Below are positions 1-12,565 of a stretch of 64,000 bases of DNA, piece after piece (position 1 is the stretch's first letter; the number at the start of each line of letters is the position of its first letter). Position numbers and translations under genes: made by a program. The stretch comes from Eledone cirrhosa (lineage: Eukaryota), in assembly GCA_964016885.1 (NCBI GenBank), contig OZ024740.1, forward strand, positions 270,754,001-270,818,000, read 5' to 3'. Under the pieces are notes generated by a model. That model saw nothing but the letters and a program-made list of their open reading frames with translations. It was not told the DNA's origin and did no database searches.

Positions 1-75
1 TTTATCGATCCTGAAAGGATGAAAGGTCAAGTCGACCTCGGTGTTGTTTCAACTTAGAGCGTAAAGAGCTGGAAC
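1..75 (-). mobile_element. tRNA-derived SINE fragment (octopus OK/OR-like family)
   Basis: Matches the TTTATCGACCCCGTAAGGATGAAAGGCAAAGTT core shared by about 10 SINE copies in this window. Confidence 0.7.
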
Positions 76-84
76 AATAATAGA

Positions 85-530
85 CCAATCCATCTTCAGG
101 CTTTGGGACTCCCGACGCTGGAGTATAGGAGGCCGAGGTCAGACATCATACAAGCTTTTAAAATACTAAAAGAGTTCGATAAAGTAGAGTACGCTAGAAG
201 GTGTCCCATCTGCGTCAATATACTGTTCGGAGAGGCATTCAACAGGACTACCCGAGAACACAACCGGAAGCTCCAGGTGCAACACCAAACAAGTCCTAGG
301 AACCACTTTTTTCTGCACATGCATCCAACCACTGGAACAACCTCAAACTAGAAACAGTTGACACAACCCTCAGTCAACATTTTTAAGTCAAGGCTCGAGA
401 AGGAGTGGACCAACCACACGCTCAAGTCTAACTATCGCTTCTCGTATTGATGCCCATCTGGGAGACATTGATACCAAGTGATGCTAGATACTCAGAAGAG
501 GATCATCTCTACCTTGGTATGAGTCTAATT
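85..530 (+). mobile_element. CR1-like LINE 3' end, degenerate
   Basis: LGLPTLEYRR.RSDIIQAFKILK...TREHNRKL...RNHFF...WNNL...VNIFKSRLEK (across a frameshift) is typical of the CR1 ORF2 C-terminus. Confidence 0.75.
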
Positions 531-1088
531 ACCTTTAACAGGAACCAAATGACCATACTTAAGATATACTATATATACACAATAAACATACATAGGTGCT
601 ACAAATCGTGGGACCAAGAACAAAGGAAAATTGTTGAAATAGAGGGGAGGAGAAAGACATTTTACAATATAAGTTAAACATTTAAAAGTTACGCAGATGA
701 ATAAGACAAAACTAAAAATTATAGAAAATACATATAGTTAAAAAAAGATATATTTTAAGATAAATATAATTGAATGACCAACCTAGACACGGATGTAAAA
801 TCATTACCAGAGTTCAACGATCATCCTTCCAATGCCTTTCTCGGATGACTTCAACCTCCCGAATTTCATATAGCCAGATTATCGCATCCTTTCAGGAATG
901 TGACTCCAATGAACAAAGACAAGCAGCCATCGAACGTTTTTGGTAAATTCGCGCCAAAATGGAATATTATGGTTCCTCCAATTTCACCGACTTACGATTG
1001 TGAACCGAAAACTCTAACCACAAAGCCACGCGCCTACACACACACACACACACACACAGATATCTCTCTCTCTATATATATGTGTATA

Positions 1089-1206
<118 letters not shown>

Positions 1207-1737
1207 GGTATATATATAAAAAGGAGGTCAATATTACCACAGGTACTAAGTACCCCTGGAAATATATAGGGTGTCTATGGTACAGTTGTTGTTCTATGGT
1301 ATCAATTTGACATACCAGAACTATAAAATTGAGATAAGCGGAACAAGTAAGATTCAAAAATGTTTTTAATAAATTAAAAAATATAATTTAAATATTTACC
1401 TATTTATTCCTTTTGCCTTTACCGACGGTTTCACCTCACAAAAGACTGGAAATCCGAGGGTCTTCCAATGGAAATGTTCGGTTTTTCAGAAAGCATTTTC
1501 CCTACATAGGACGTAAAGTCCCGCGAACGGCAAAATATATTGCCTTCTGCCAGCTAGTGTAGAATCGAATGAGGCCGTAATCTTGACCTACATATGAACT
1601 AGCCCTTAGTAGAAGCGGAAGTAAACATAGACGTGTTGTCTATCACGCCACTAAAATTAGTAGCTAGATCTCAATTATATATATATATATATATATATAC
1701 TGTATATATATACTGTATATATATATATATATATATA

Positions 1738-3402
1738 GTACCATAAAATATTCAACAGGCACACGGTTACCCAGCCAACCCCGAGTGATGGTAACCACGC
1801 GGTACATGTGGTGGAGCCTTAAGAAGTCATGTAATTGCAGAGACCCATCACTATGCCCCCTTAGTAATTAATGCATGACGAAAAACGTAGTCTACGGGTG
1901 CAAGGTCACAACCCCTAACTCGGAGCACCACTACATAGGATCCACAGCGACGAGCTTCAAATATCGGTGGTATAACCATCGCCATTCCTTTAACAGAATA
2001 GATAAGCCCTTTCTGAATTGATCTGGAAGCTCAAACTTGAAAAGACCCCACACTCTCTGCTCTGGTCCGTGGTTAGAAAGGTTCCCCCAGACAGAGGCGG
2101 GTCTGGTATTTGCAACCTCTGTCTTAGTGAGACACTCGAGATTCTTCATGGCGGAACCAAGCTATTAAACAGAAGGGCTGACTTATTCGGTGCCTGCAGA
2201 CACCTAAGGACGGGAACTTTCCTTAAGCTATATGAATAAACCCCGGTTAAAGCCTCCCACAACGCCCCCCCCTGTAGGTCCCCTACACCCCGTACCAATG
2301 ACCAATGGACAACAACAACCACCCATAGTTTGTGGTCCCTATGGTGGATGGTCCACCGGATCCTCTACTGGTTAGGAGTCATCAAAACCACGTTTTATTG
2401 AACCTGATTTTATATATATATATATTATATGTATATATATATATATTTTATATGTGTATATATATGTGTGTTTTATATGTATGTATGTATATATATGTAT
2501 GTATTTTATATATATATATGTGTATTTTATATATATATATGTATGTATATTTTATGTGTGTATATGTTTTATATATGTATATATTTTATATATATATATA
2601 TTTTGTATATATGTATATTTTATGTATATATATGTATTTTATATATATAAATGTATACTTGTGCGTACATATATATATATACACACCTGTATGGATTTGT
2701 GTGTGTAGATGTGTGTGTGTCTGAGGGGGTAGGTGTGAGTGTATGTACAAGTCAACCAACATAAGCTATTTATTTCTAAATTTTCTAAACTATCTAAGTA
2801 TTGGACTCTAACCATTATTTTAAGTATTACCACCCCACATTAATTCCTCAATTTGTATGTGTGGATGTGTGTGTGTGTCTGTGGTGCTGGGTGTGAGTGT
2901 ACGTGCAAGCCAACCTACATAAGTCTTTTTATTTGTAAATTCTCTACTCTAACCATAATTTTCAGTAGCACCATTCCACATAAATTCCTCAATTTAAGAA
3001 TGACCTGTAGTATCTATTTCATACTATTAACCTTAATTGAATATATATCTGACCAGGAATGCTTTTTGTGAAAATCAGTCATATGGAACTATTGTCATCT
3101 TGCCTGATGGTTTCAACTTTACAACACCACCTGCCTCTTTGAGGTTAAATACCAACCCTACTAGCATCTACAAACTGACCAATGAGAATTAACACTATTC
3201 CTGCTGACAACATTAAATTATTCCTAACAAGCTCATATGTCCCAAGGCTCTGATACCATCAACACTATAAACACAGAGCTGGCATATCTAAGAACTGACT
3301 AACTGCCTGATGAGGTCATAGCCATTCAATTGTTATCATCGAAATATATATAGCAGTAAATAAAGGATTGTGAGTTCATGCAATTGACTTATGTTTCGTC
3401 AC
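1738..3402 (+). mobile_element. 5'-truncated Penelope-like element (GIY-YIG remnant + 3' UTR with HHR) between (TA)n tracts
   Basis: CNCRDPSLCP linker, NVVYGCKV..HYIGSTATSFKYRWYNH, IWKLK..CNLCLSE..LLNRR..CRH; HHR at 3302-3357; TA runs on both sides. Confidence 0.85.
3302..3357 (+). ncRNA. Type I hammerhead ribozyme
   Basis: Stem I ACTGC/GCAGT, core CTGATGA (3307), GAAA, palindromic stem III ATATATAT, cleavage triplet ATA; stem II weak. Confidence 0.7.
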
Positions 3403-4133
3403 TATATATATATATATATATAAACTAGAAATAAATTGACATATATATATATATATATATAAAATAAACATAATAGAACAATCACAAACATATGGAACAA
3501 TCTCAATCTATTCATTGGAATCTTTGAGGTTATTCTACAGTGGATATGGTGCATGTCTATCAGACACTACAACCCTTAATTTAATTTTGGATATATACAC
3601 GGCCCCTTAATTGTAGAGCCAACTCAGTTGAATGGACTCGGCTGCTATTTCTAGCTGTCGACAATCCTATTCACGCCACTGGGATGATGCTGTGCGATGT
3701 GTGTATTTTTTAAAAATGCAACACGTGGTTCGAGTCATTCACAGATTTGCATTTGCTTTGTAAACGCAGATAGTTATCTTCTTCTCCTTTGGTGACCATC
3801 CAGGATTTGACTACTGTGATTTACTGATTAATAGGTGAAATATATTTTTTACTTAAAAAAAATATATACAAAGGAGATTAATCATTTTAAAAGGTATTTA
3901 AAAAGATATTTGAAGTTCTAGTTAAACTTTAATTGGTTACCTACCTAGCTATGTGTGATTACGTTCTTTACAAATTATTCCGTGATGGTTCCATATGTTT
4001 ATTTTATATATATATATGTCAATCTATTTCTAGTTGATATGAAATGCTCGGATCTATTCATTGGAATCTTTGAGCTTATTCTACAGTGGATATGGCGCAT
4101 GTCTCTCAGTCATGACAACCCTTAATTTAATTT

Positions 4134-4186
<53 letters not shown>

Positions 4187-4362
4187 TTCAAGAGTAACCA
4201 ATCTTAAAGAGAGAGATGGAGATAGGAGAGGAGATATTAGAGGTGAGATTGGTGAATTAGTTGAAGCCAAAGCGTAAAGGCATGTGCTCAATGGGCAATA
4301 TGCAGTAGAAAGTAGCTAGGTGGCTGGGGGGTTCATGCAGAAGTTAGGTGCGCAGAGCTGGA

Positions 4363-4782
4363 AATATTCATTAGTTAAGCAAAACAAGACCACAAATTTT
4401 ACAAGGAAGACATTATTAAAGGATTGTCAACATATTTTAGTTTGATGTAAGGAATGTAGAGAATAATAATTATTATTATTAATAATATTAATAATAATAA
4501 TGTCCGTTTACAATTGTTTCGCTACTCCATATGATATTTCTGGATCAGATGACTATATATCATAATTGATCTGGTTCAGTTGAAAATAATTAACATATTT
4601 AAAAGACAGAGCGGCTCATCGGAACTTCAAAGGATATAAATTAAAATAATAATATTATTATTAATATTATTAATAATTATTATTATTATTCTCTACATTC
4701 CTTACATCAAACGAAAATATGTTGACAATCTTTTAATAATGTCTTCCTTGTGAAATATGTGGTCTTGTTTTACTTAACTAAT

Positions 4783-4787
<5 letters not shown>
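4363..4787. repeat. Inverted PLE 3'-end pair carrying a minus-strand HHR (4506-4625)
   Basis: 4363-4500 is the reverse complement of ~4645-4787; minus strand reads GTT-CCGATGA-GCCGCTC...GGAGTAGC-GAAACAATTGTA-AAC; homologous to 57200-57457. Confidence 0.75.
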
Positions 4788-4823
<36 letters not shown>

Positions 4824-4827
4824 CATA

Positions 4828-5095
4828 TCATCATCATCATCATCATCACCGTTTTGCGTCCGTTCTTCCACGCTAGCATGGGTTAGACGGGTTGTCCTGT
4901 TGTGGGCAGTGTCTGGTCGGCTGACCATGCCTTACTCATACAGGAACTGATTTGGCTTGATTTCTACAGCTGGATGTCTTTCCTAACACGAACCTCATTT
5001 ACAGTGAGTGGTGGGTGCTTTTTTGTGGTGCCTACCAGTCCACTTTACAGTGTGGGCTGGGTGCTTTTTTGCCGTGGCACCTCCACGACCACCTA
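4828..5095 (-). mobile_element. RTE-type 3' tail (SINE or LINE end) with (GAT)n terminus
   Basis: Minus strand CCGTCTAACCCATGCTAGCGTGGAAGAACGGACG...(GAT)n. Confidence 0.55.
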
Positions 5096-5110
5096 CATAC
5101 ATATACATAC

Positions 5111-5216
<106 letters not shown>

Positions 5217-5328
5217 GTATATGTATATATATATGTATATATATGTATGTATATATACATACATGTATATATATATATACATATATATATACATACATAT
5301 ATATACATATATATATATATATATGCAT

Positions 5329-5359
<31 letters not shown>

Positions 5360-5425
5360 CATATATACACATATATATATATATAATAAAGATAAAATAA
5401 AAGATGGTTATAAGAGTGCCATATA

Positions 5426-5491
5426 TTTTATTATACATATTTCGAATACAAAATCATCCTGGGACAGATATTGTGTTCTCTTCAGATAAAA
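5426..5491 (-). ncRNA. Type I hammerhead ribozyme
   Basis: TTTTAT-CTGAAGA-GAACAC...GTATTC-GAAATATGTATA-ATAAAA; same family as 38487-38553. Confidence 0.75.
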
Positions 5492-5672
5492 AAATAAGGT
5501 ACAATGATATGAGGTATACTTGTTTATAGGAAAGTACTTGTTTATAGGAAAGTGCTAAGTCTACATATGACAGAAATATATGTGTTAATACTATAGTAAG
5601 AAATATATAGGAAAATAGAAGAAAAGGAAAGAAGAAGAAATAAAGGAAAAAGAAAGAAAAAAAGAAGAAGGA

Positions 5673-5733
<61 letters not shown>

Positions 5734-5927
5734 TTGATCAGGAACGCTGTCAAATTGAAAACAGTTTTAAATAACGGGGTAAAAAATAAGTTGATGAGGT
5801 GTATGTGCGAATATTATAGAAGGTATTTAAATCTTAGATGTCTAAATATAGAAACTGGGTATATTATTTTATATTGGGTTTAAATACTAAAAATTGGATT
5901 AAGAAGTGTAAAAATGTATTAATAAAA

Positions 5928-6489
5928 TAAACCGAACATTATAATATAATGTTCGGTAAACCCATGCGTACATATATATATATGTGTGCATGTATGTATG
6001 TATATACATACTACTGTACGTCTGTATACATATATGTATGTACGTATACATACTTATATTTAAGTATCAGCCGTATTAAGAGGGAGAAATGAAATTTCAT
6101 TTTTTCCATTTATCGTTTTCGGTACACCCGGCCGACTAACTCACTCGATATGCAAATTAGGCTGCTCAGCCGTTAATATGCATAAGGAAAGTATATACTT
6201 TCAAACGTCCAATCGACTGACAGGAAGGTATACGGTGCTGATGACAGCTAATAAGCTAGAAACTAGTTCATCGTTCCTTTGTCAGTGTTGAACAAAAGGG
6301 CAACGATGGTTGCCGAACACTGTACGGATTAATTCGGGCTGTTTGTTTACAAACAAACCGAACATTATAATAAATGTTCGGTAAACCCATAGGTACACAT
6401 ATATATATATATGTGCATGTATGTATGTATATACATACTACTGTACGTCTGTATACATATATGTATGTACGTATACATACTTATATTTA
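5928..6489 (+). mobile_element. Retrozyme-like non-coding element, ~1.3 units of ~427 bp
   Basis: Terminal direct repeat (5928-6062 vs 6354-6489), central HHR, homologous to 59070-59684 and to the 49363-51751 array. Confidence 0.8.
6232..6274 (+). ncRNA. Minimal type I hammerhead ribozyme
   Basis: ACGGTG-CTGATGA-CAGCT AATA AGCTA-GAAACTAGT-T-CATCGT; palindromic stem III ACTAGT. Confidence 0.85.
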
Positions 6490-6653
6490 GATATAAAACG
6501 ATTTTTATAAAATAAAATAAAAATAGTCTATCTAAGTCAAAATTAATCATTTCAAGTAAAAATATATATGTGGGGTATACTATTTAATTTTTATTTTATA
6601 TCAACAAGTAAATAAAGGAAATAGCTAGAATGATTTATAAACGTAGAAAAAAC

Positions 6654-6721
<68 letters not shown>

Positions 6722-6734
6722 ATATATATATATA

Positions 6735-6890
6735 TGATGCCTGTGCGAGGTGCGCGATGATGCATGGTCGTGAAACATGGGCAGCAACTGCAGCAGAGGA
6801 TATGCGACGGCTGGAAAGAAATGAGGCAAGCATGCTCCGTTGGATGTGTAATGGCAATGTGCGTGAACGGCCGAGCATGGATGTGTTATT
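6735..6890 (+). mobile_element. RTE-clade LINE fragment
   Basis: Translates as [38 protein letters not shown], matching the RTE post-RT motif ETW...E..MLR.M. Confidence 0.7.
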
Positions 6891-6896
6891 TTAATA

Positions 6897-6941
<45 letters not shown>

Positions 6942-6946
<5 letters not shown>

Positions 6947-7091
6947 TATGTATATATATGTGAAAATGTATATAAATAAGTAAATATATATATATGTTTG
7001 ATGTGTATAGTTAGATGTAAGTGTATTCATGTATTAAAGTGCTTATATATATATATATATGTGTGTGTATGTGTATGTATGTGTATGTGTG

Positions 7092-7175
<84 letters not shown>

Positions 7176-7899
7176 AGTGTGTATGTATGTATGTGTATAT
7201 GGATGTGTATGTATGTGTATGTGTGTACACATGGACTAGAGTATGTATGTATATATGTGTGTGTCTATACGTGTGTATATATAAAGATAAGTTGAGTATG
7301 AAAATGTATACACATGAGCGCGTATGTATGTACATGAATACATGTGTGTATATATATGTGTATGCATGTGTATATATATGTAAGTATGAATATGTGAATT
7401 GTGAGTATATGTATTTTGTAGAGGTGTGCAAATATATTTGTGTGTGAATGCGTGGGTGAAAGAATACGTACACTTGAAAGAAAAATTTAAGTCTGAATGT
7501 TAAGTGCAAACACAAAACCAACCACGCATATCTTTACTATCTCTAATCCTTCTATAGATTTAGAAAAATAACCAATAATATATTCCATAAAAAATGTCAA
7601 AACAACAGATGGGAATCTAATTACTCACTGCCACCAAGAATTCTCACTGCTATCGAAAAACCACTCCTTCAACTATTCTTCTAACAACTTCACCCCTCCC
7701 TCCTAATATTCTCTATAAAAACTAAATAGGTCCTCAGTAATATTATTCTGATGAAATGACAGTAAATAATAACATTGAAATATTGAATGTCTGCATAACT
7801 AAAAGTTTGTAGATAGCTGTTTTAGGTTATGTAACTGTTATAGAAACACGTGTCAATAAATTCCTTTCAACTAAACTGTATCCATTCAAATCTTTCTAT
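6942..7899 (+). repeat. 5' pseudo-LTR
   Basis: Matches 10553-11516 apart from microsatellite length differences. Confidence 0.95.
7743..7859 (+). ncRNA. Type I hammerhead ribozyme with extended stem II
   Basis: TTATT-CTGATGA-A-ATGACAGT[~70 nt]ACTGTTAT-A-GAAACACGTGTC-AATAA; palindromic stem III ACACGTGT; GUC site at 7852-7854. Confidence 0.85.
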
Positions 7900-8063
7900 T
7901 TTTCTCCGGATTACTTTTGGAACTACAACTGGAACCGTCGAGCAAACTCTACGTGAGCTGATAATCTACTGTGTGTAATATTTATATTACAACACAACGG
8001 AAAATACTGTATATTTATCTCCTGTAAAGTCGAGCAACCCACACAGCAAACGCAACCACAACA

Positions 8064-10385
8064 ATGGAAAAACACTACCTGGATATGTCACTCAAAAACA
8101 TACCAACCCAAGGTAGAAAGGAATATTTATTGAGCATGATTCAAAAAACTAATGAATTCATTCGACGTGTCAGGTGGAAAACGCTCCACTATGATAGAAG
8201 CCGTATGAACTCAACATTAGAAAGTGGTGTAAACAACAAATTCGGTTTTAGGACTTGTAAAAACCCACCCACCAACCTACTATTAGATGCATTTGAGCAG
8301 GACCTTATGAACTTAATCCTTAAAATTAAATTCAAAGGACGCAACACCAACAGCAAATTACAGAAAGATATAAAAAAACTACTGGACGACCTTAAAAACA
8401 CCAAAGGAATTGTAGTAAAAGCGGACAAAACATCAAACCTGTACACTATGGATTGCACTACATACAACAACTTCATTCGAAAAGAATTACATAAAAAATA
8501 TAGAAAAACGAGTGAAGTAACCCTTAAGCACATCAATGATGAGGCATGCGAAATAGTGAAAAATCTCGGAATCGAAGATAGGACAGGACCACTCTTACCG
8601 GCGGTACCCACCTTCAATCTTAAGGACCACAAGGTAAACTTTGATAATGACCCTAAAATAAGATTAATCTGCCCCTCTAAATCAGATATAGGTAAAATAA
8701 GCAAATATATCTTAGATAGAATCATCCCCCAAATTAAGGCTAAGGTTAACATTAAACTCTGGGGGAAGACCCAAGAAGCAATAAGATGGTTTAATAGCAT
8801 TAGCAATAAGAATGAATCTAAGTTTATCCAGTTTGATATCGATGAATATTACTCATCGATATCACCTGAAACTTTGAATAGAGCCATTAAGTTTGCTAAG
8901 GATAACTCTGACCTTACAAACGATGAAATTAAGATTATATTAGAAGCTAGGAAAACTATAGTCAAATTTGAAAACAGTTATTGGGTACGTAAAGATAGAC
9001 CCTCTAACTTTGACATAACAATGGGCTCTAACGATTCGGCGGAAATAACTGATATTGTGGGGTTATTTATCGCCTTTAGACTCCAGGAAAAATTCAGCAA
9101 TCTCCACGGCGGAATATACCGCGACGATGTTCTCCTCCTAGCTAAAAACCTTAATAACCAAAAACTAGAAAAACTACGCAAAGATATAAGAAAACTACTA
9201 CTCGAAATAGGACTAACTATAACATATGAATACAACCTTAAAGTAGTTAACTTCCTGGATGTCACACTCAATTTAAACTCTGGTTTGATTAAACCGTTTC
9301 ATAAATTGAATGAAAATCTCAAATACGTAAATGTTGGGTCTAACCACCCCATCTCTATAATTAAATCTATCCCTAAAAATATTTCCCTTAGAATCTCGGG
9401 TCTATCTTCTAACATACAAGTATTTAAGGAACACGCCGAGTACTACGATAACGCCCTTAGTAAAGCAGGCTACCTCAACAAAATAGAGTACATAGATGGG
9501 AACAATCAAAACACCCAAAATAAATCCCACATAGGTAGATATAATAACACAACACCAAACCACACTTACTACCATAGTATGCACACCAGTAAACCAACAA
9601 ACAAAACTAATAGAAAGCGATGCAAAGAGTACTTATGGTATAACCCCGAATACAATAGCTCCATTAGTACAAATTTACCAGTACTCTTCTTTAAAATAAT
9701 TAAAAGACATTTTCCCACATCACACAAATACCACAAAATCCTAAACCCTACCACTATAAGACTGTCATACTCTACAGCGTTAAACCTTGAACAACACATA
9801 AAAAAGATCAATACTAGAAGGTTAAACGAAAACACTAAGAACTTAAGTACAAAGAACCCCAAAAAAACAGTAGACAATACACTACAGAACATAAATAAAC
9901 CACACCTAAGTTCGTCCGCAATACTACTCCAGAGAAAACCCAACGTACACAACTGTAACTGCACCTATCCTGACAACTGCCCCCTCGGCAATAACTGCCT
10001 GGAAAAAAATATTATTTATAAGTGTACCATTAAATCCGGAGGCAACGAGTGGTATTACGTGGGATCAACGGCAACATCGTTTAAATCTCGATTGTATAGG
10101 CATTCTTACTCAATAAAACACCAGAGCCAAAGAAATGTAACAACTTTAGCAGAAAAAGCTTGGACGCTTAGGGATAGCAATCAAAAGTTTACCCTAAAAT
10201 GGGAAAAATTAGCTAAAACCCAAAGCTTTTCCAGGAGCCAAAATTTCTGCAAATTGTGTAATCTTGAGATTTATTACATAATCACACACAAGAAGAAACT
10301 GCTGAATAACAGAATTGAACGAACATTATTCTGCCGTCACAGAACTAAAACCCTTTTTTCCCACTACAAGCCGAATATTACATAA
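8064..10385 (+). CDS. PLE polyprotein: reverse transcriptase + GIY-YIG endonuclease (773 aa)
   Basis: VVKADKT, LKDHK, IRLICP, FDIDEYYSSI, FDITMGSNDSAE, GIYRDDVL, VNFLDVTL, SNHP; CNCx5CP linker; IIYKC..YYVGST..FKSRLYRH; CKLC..E..LLNNR..CRH; no stops. Confidence 0.95.
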   Translation: MEKHYLDMSLKNIPTQGRKEYLLSMIQKTNEFIRRVRWKTLHYDRSRMNSTLESGVNNKFGFRTCKNPPTNLLLDAFEQDLMNLILKIKFKGRNTNSKLQKDIKKLLDDLKNTKGIVVKADKTSNLYTMDCTTYNNFIRKELHKKYRKTSEVTLKHINDEACEIVKNLGIEDRTGPLLPAVPTFNLKDHKVNFDNDPKIRLICPSKSDIGKISKYILDRIIPQIKAKVNIKLWGKTQEAIRWFNSISNKNESKFIQFDIDEYYSSISPETLNRAIKFAKDNSDLTNDEIKIILEARKTIVKFENSYWVRKDRPSNFDITMGSNDSAEITDIVGLFIAFRLQEKFSNLHGGIYRDDVLLLAKNLNNQKLEKLRKDIRKLLLEIGLTITYEYNLKVVNFLDVTLNLNSGLIKPFHKLNENLKYVNVGSNHPISIIKSIPKNISLRISGLSSNIQVFKEHAEYYDNALSKAGYLNKIEYIDGNNQNTQNKSHIGRYNNTTPNHTYYHSMHTSKPTNKTNRKRCKEYLWYNPEYNSSISTNLPVLFFKIIKRHFPTSHKYHKILNPTTIRLSYSTALNLEQHIKKINTRRLNENTKNLSTKNPKKTVDNTLQNINKPHLSSSAILLQRKPNVHNCNCTYPDNCPLGNNCLEKNIIYKCTIKSGGNEWYYVGSTATSFKSRLYRHSYSIKHQSQRNVTTLAEKAWTLRDSNQKFTLKWEKLAKTQSFSRSQNFCKLCNLEIYYIITHKKKLLNNRIERTLFCRHRTKTLFSHYKPNIT

Positions 10386-10552
10386 AAGAGGGACATCCCC
10401 CAACTATATAAACCTTAATCTAGTTAGAAAAATATAAAAACAATCTCTTCTCAACATATATTAATAACCTTAAATTACCATACTAATAATGAAAAGATAT
10501 GCTGATGAGAATAGGTACAAATATGCGATAATGAATGTGTCTAAAAACGTCC

Positions 10553-10704
10553 ATAAGTATGTATATATATGTGAAAATGTATATAAATAAGTAAATATAT
10601 ATATATGTTTGATGTGTATAGTTAGATGTAAGTGTATTCATGTATTAAAGTGCTTATATATATATATATATATGTGTGTGTATGTGTATGTATGTGTATG
10701 TGTG

Positions 10705-10792
<88 letters not shown>

Positions 10793-11510
10793 AGTGTGTA
10801 TGTATGTATGTGTATATGGATGTGTATGTATGTGTATGTGTGTACACATGGACTAGAGTATGTATGTATATATGTGTGTGTCTATACGTGTGTATATATA
10901 AAGATAAGTTGAGTATGAAAATGTATACACATGAGCGCGTATGTATGTACATGAATACATGTGTGTATATATATGTGTATGCATGTGTATATATATGTAA
11001 GTATGAATATGTGAATTGTGAGTATATGTATTTTGTAGAGGTGTGCAAATATATTTGTGTGTGAATGCGTGGGTGAAAGAATACGTACACTTGAAAGAAA
11101 AATTTAAGTCTGAATGTTAAGTGCAAACACAAAACCAACCACGCATATCTTTACTATCTCTAATCCTTCTATAGATTTAGAAAAATAACCAATAATATAT
11201 TCCATAAAAAATGTCAAAACAACAGATGGGAATCTAATTACTCACTGCCACCAAGAATTCTCACTGCTATCGAAAAACCACTCCTTCAACTATTCTTCTA
11301 ACAACTTCACCCCTCCCTCCTAATATTCTCTATAAAAACTAAATAGGTCCTCAGTAATATTATTCTGATGAAATGACAGTAAATAATAACATTGAAATAT
11401 TGAATGTCTGCATAACTAAAAGTTTGTAGATAGCTGTTTTAGGTTATGTAACTGTTATAGAAACACGTGTCAATAAATTCCTTTCAACTAAACTGTATCC
11501 ATTCAAATCT

Positions 11511-11516
<6 letters not shown>
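10553..11516 (+). repeat. 3' pseudo-LTR
   Basis: Copy of 6942-7899. Confidence 0.95.
11360..11476 (+). ncRNA. Type I hammerhead ribozyme (3' pLTR copy)
   Basis: Identical to 7743-7859 at offset 3617; GUC at 11469-11471. Confidence 0.85.
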
Positions 11517-11545
<29 letters not shown>

Positions 11546-11548
<3 letters not shown>

Positions 11549-12065
11549 GCGAGAAATAGATCGCCAAGAATTAACAATTAATACATTATTTATTAGATCT
11601 ACATATGCTTCATTCTCAAAAAAATATTCTTTACAATACCTTTATAGAGAAATCATCAGGATCAATTATATACAACATATAAAAGGTGTTTATATACCGA
11701 CCGACGTGTTTGCGCACCATCGTAGTTGAAACGACGCAATGTAAATACTGTATTTGCATTAACTATAATCATATTGTTTATTAATTTCAGAACACGAGTG
11801 CTGAAAATACCTGACAGAATAACTATTGAGAACAGTACCGTTAAATAATTCCGGCACTTCCAATCTTCCATAATATTAGAGAAAAGAACTTAGTTTACAT
11901 TTCGTCGCTTCAACCAAGATGGTACGTACACACATATGTTGTATATAATTGATCCTGAAGATTTCTTTACAAAGATATTGAAAATAATATTCTTTGGAGA
12001 ATGAAACATATATAAATGTAATAAATAATGATTAATTGTTGAATCTTGGTGATCTATTCTTGTGT
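11546..12065. mobile_element. Non-coding element with inverted HHR-bearing ends (HHRs 11596-11663 minus and 11951-12018 plus)
   Basis: Diverged inverted repeat ~11546-11675 / ~11940-12065; minus GATC-CTGATGA-TTTCTC..GAGAAT-GAAGCATATGTA-GATC; plus GATC-CTGAAGA-TTTCT..GAGAAT-GAAACATATATA. Confidence 0.7.
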
Positions 12066-12223
12066 TATTATATGTTCTGTGATTATAAATCTAAGATGAC
12101 GGAAAGTATACCAACTGAATTTACCTCTGAAATACCTTTCGGTGATTAGGAAATAGAGTAAACCACATCTGAGCCTTACATATCTGAATGGCATACTGTT
12201 GTATTATCAACTCATAGAATTTA

Positions 12224-12269
<46 letters not shown>

Positions 12270-12565
12270 CCGCATGTATCTGTGTGTTTCTAATTATATT
12301 GTTAATAACTCCCTCTGGTCGAGCAATCTTTGAAGTGTGGGGACAGCTGGAAGGCTTCCATTACTCATACTTCTCGCCTTCTTCACCACCTCTTCTGCGG
12401 CCTCGATATAAATACCCCCTCCGCCTCCGTGGTATTTTCTTCGGGGTTATAAGAGGCTTAGCTCTGTTTCTCGACCGTTATATCGCGTGACTATCTCCCC
12501 CTCCGCCTTTTGGGATTCTTTCTCACGTCGTGTAGACGCGTTCTTGAGACTAGTAAAATGAGGTA

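Larger units (their letters stand above)
6942..11516 (+). mobile_element. Full-length Penelope-like retroelement (probably Hydra clade) with direct pseudo-LTRs, inserted in (TA)n
   Basis: Near-identical direct repeats 6942-7899 and 10553-11516, each with an HHR, flank one intact RT+GIY-YIG ORF; both ends abut (TA)n. Confidence 0.95.

Noticed and set aside
8189-9964. Antisense ORFs within the PLE coding region (also 45194-45802, 47592-48250)
   Set aside because: Shadow ORFs of the real RT frame; no recognisable motifs
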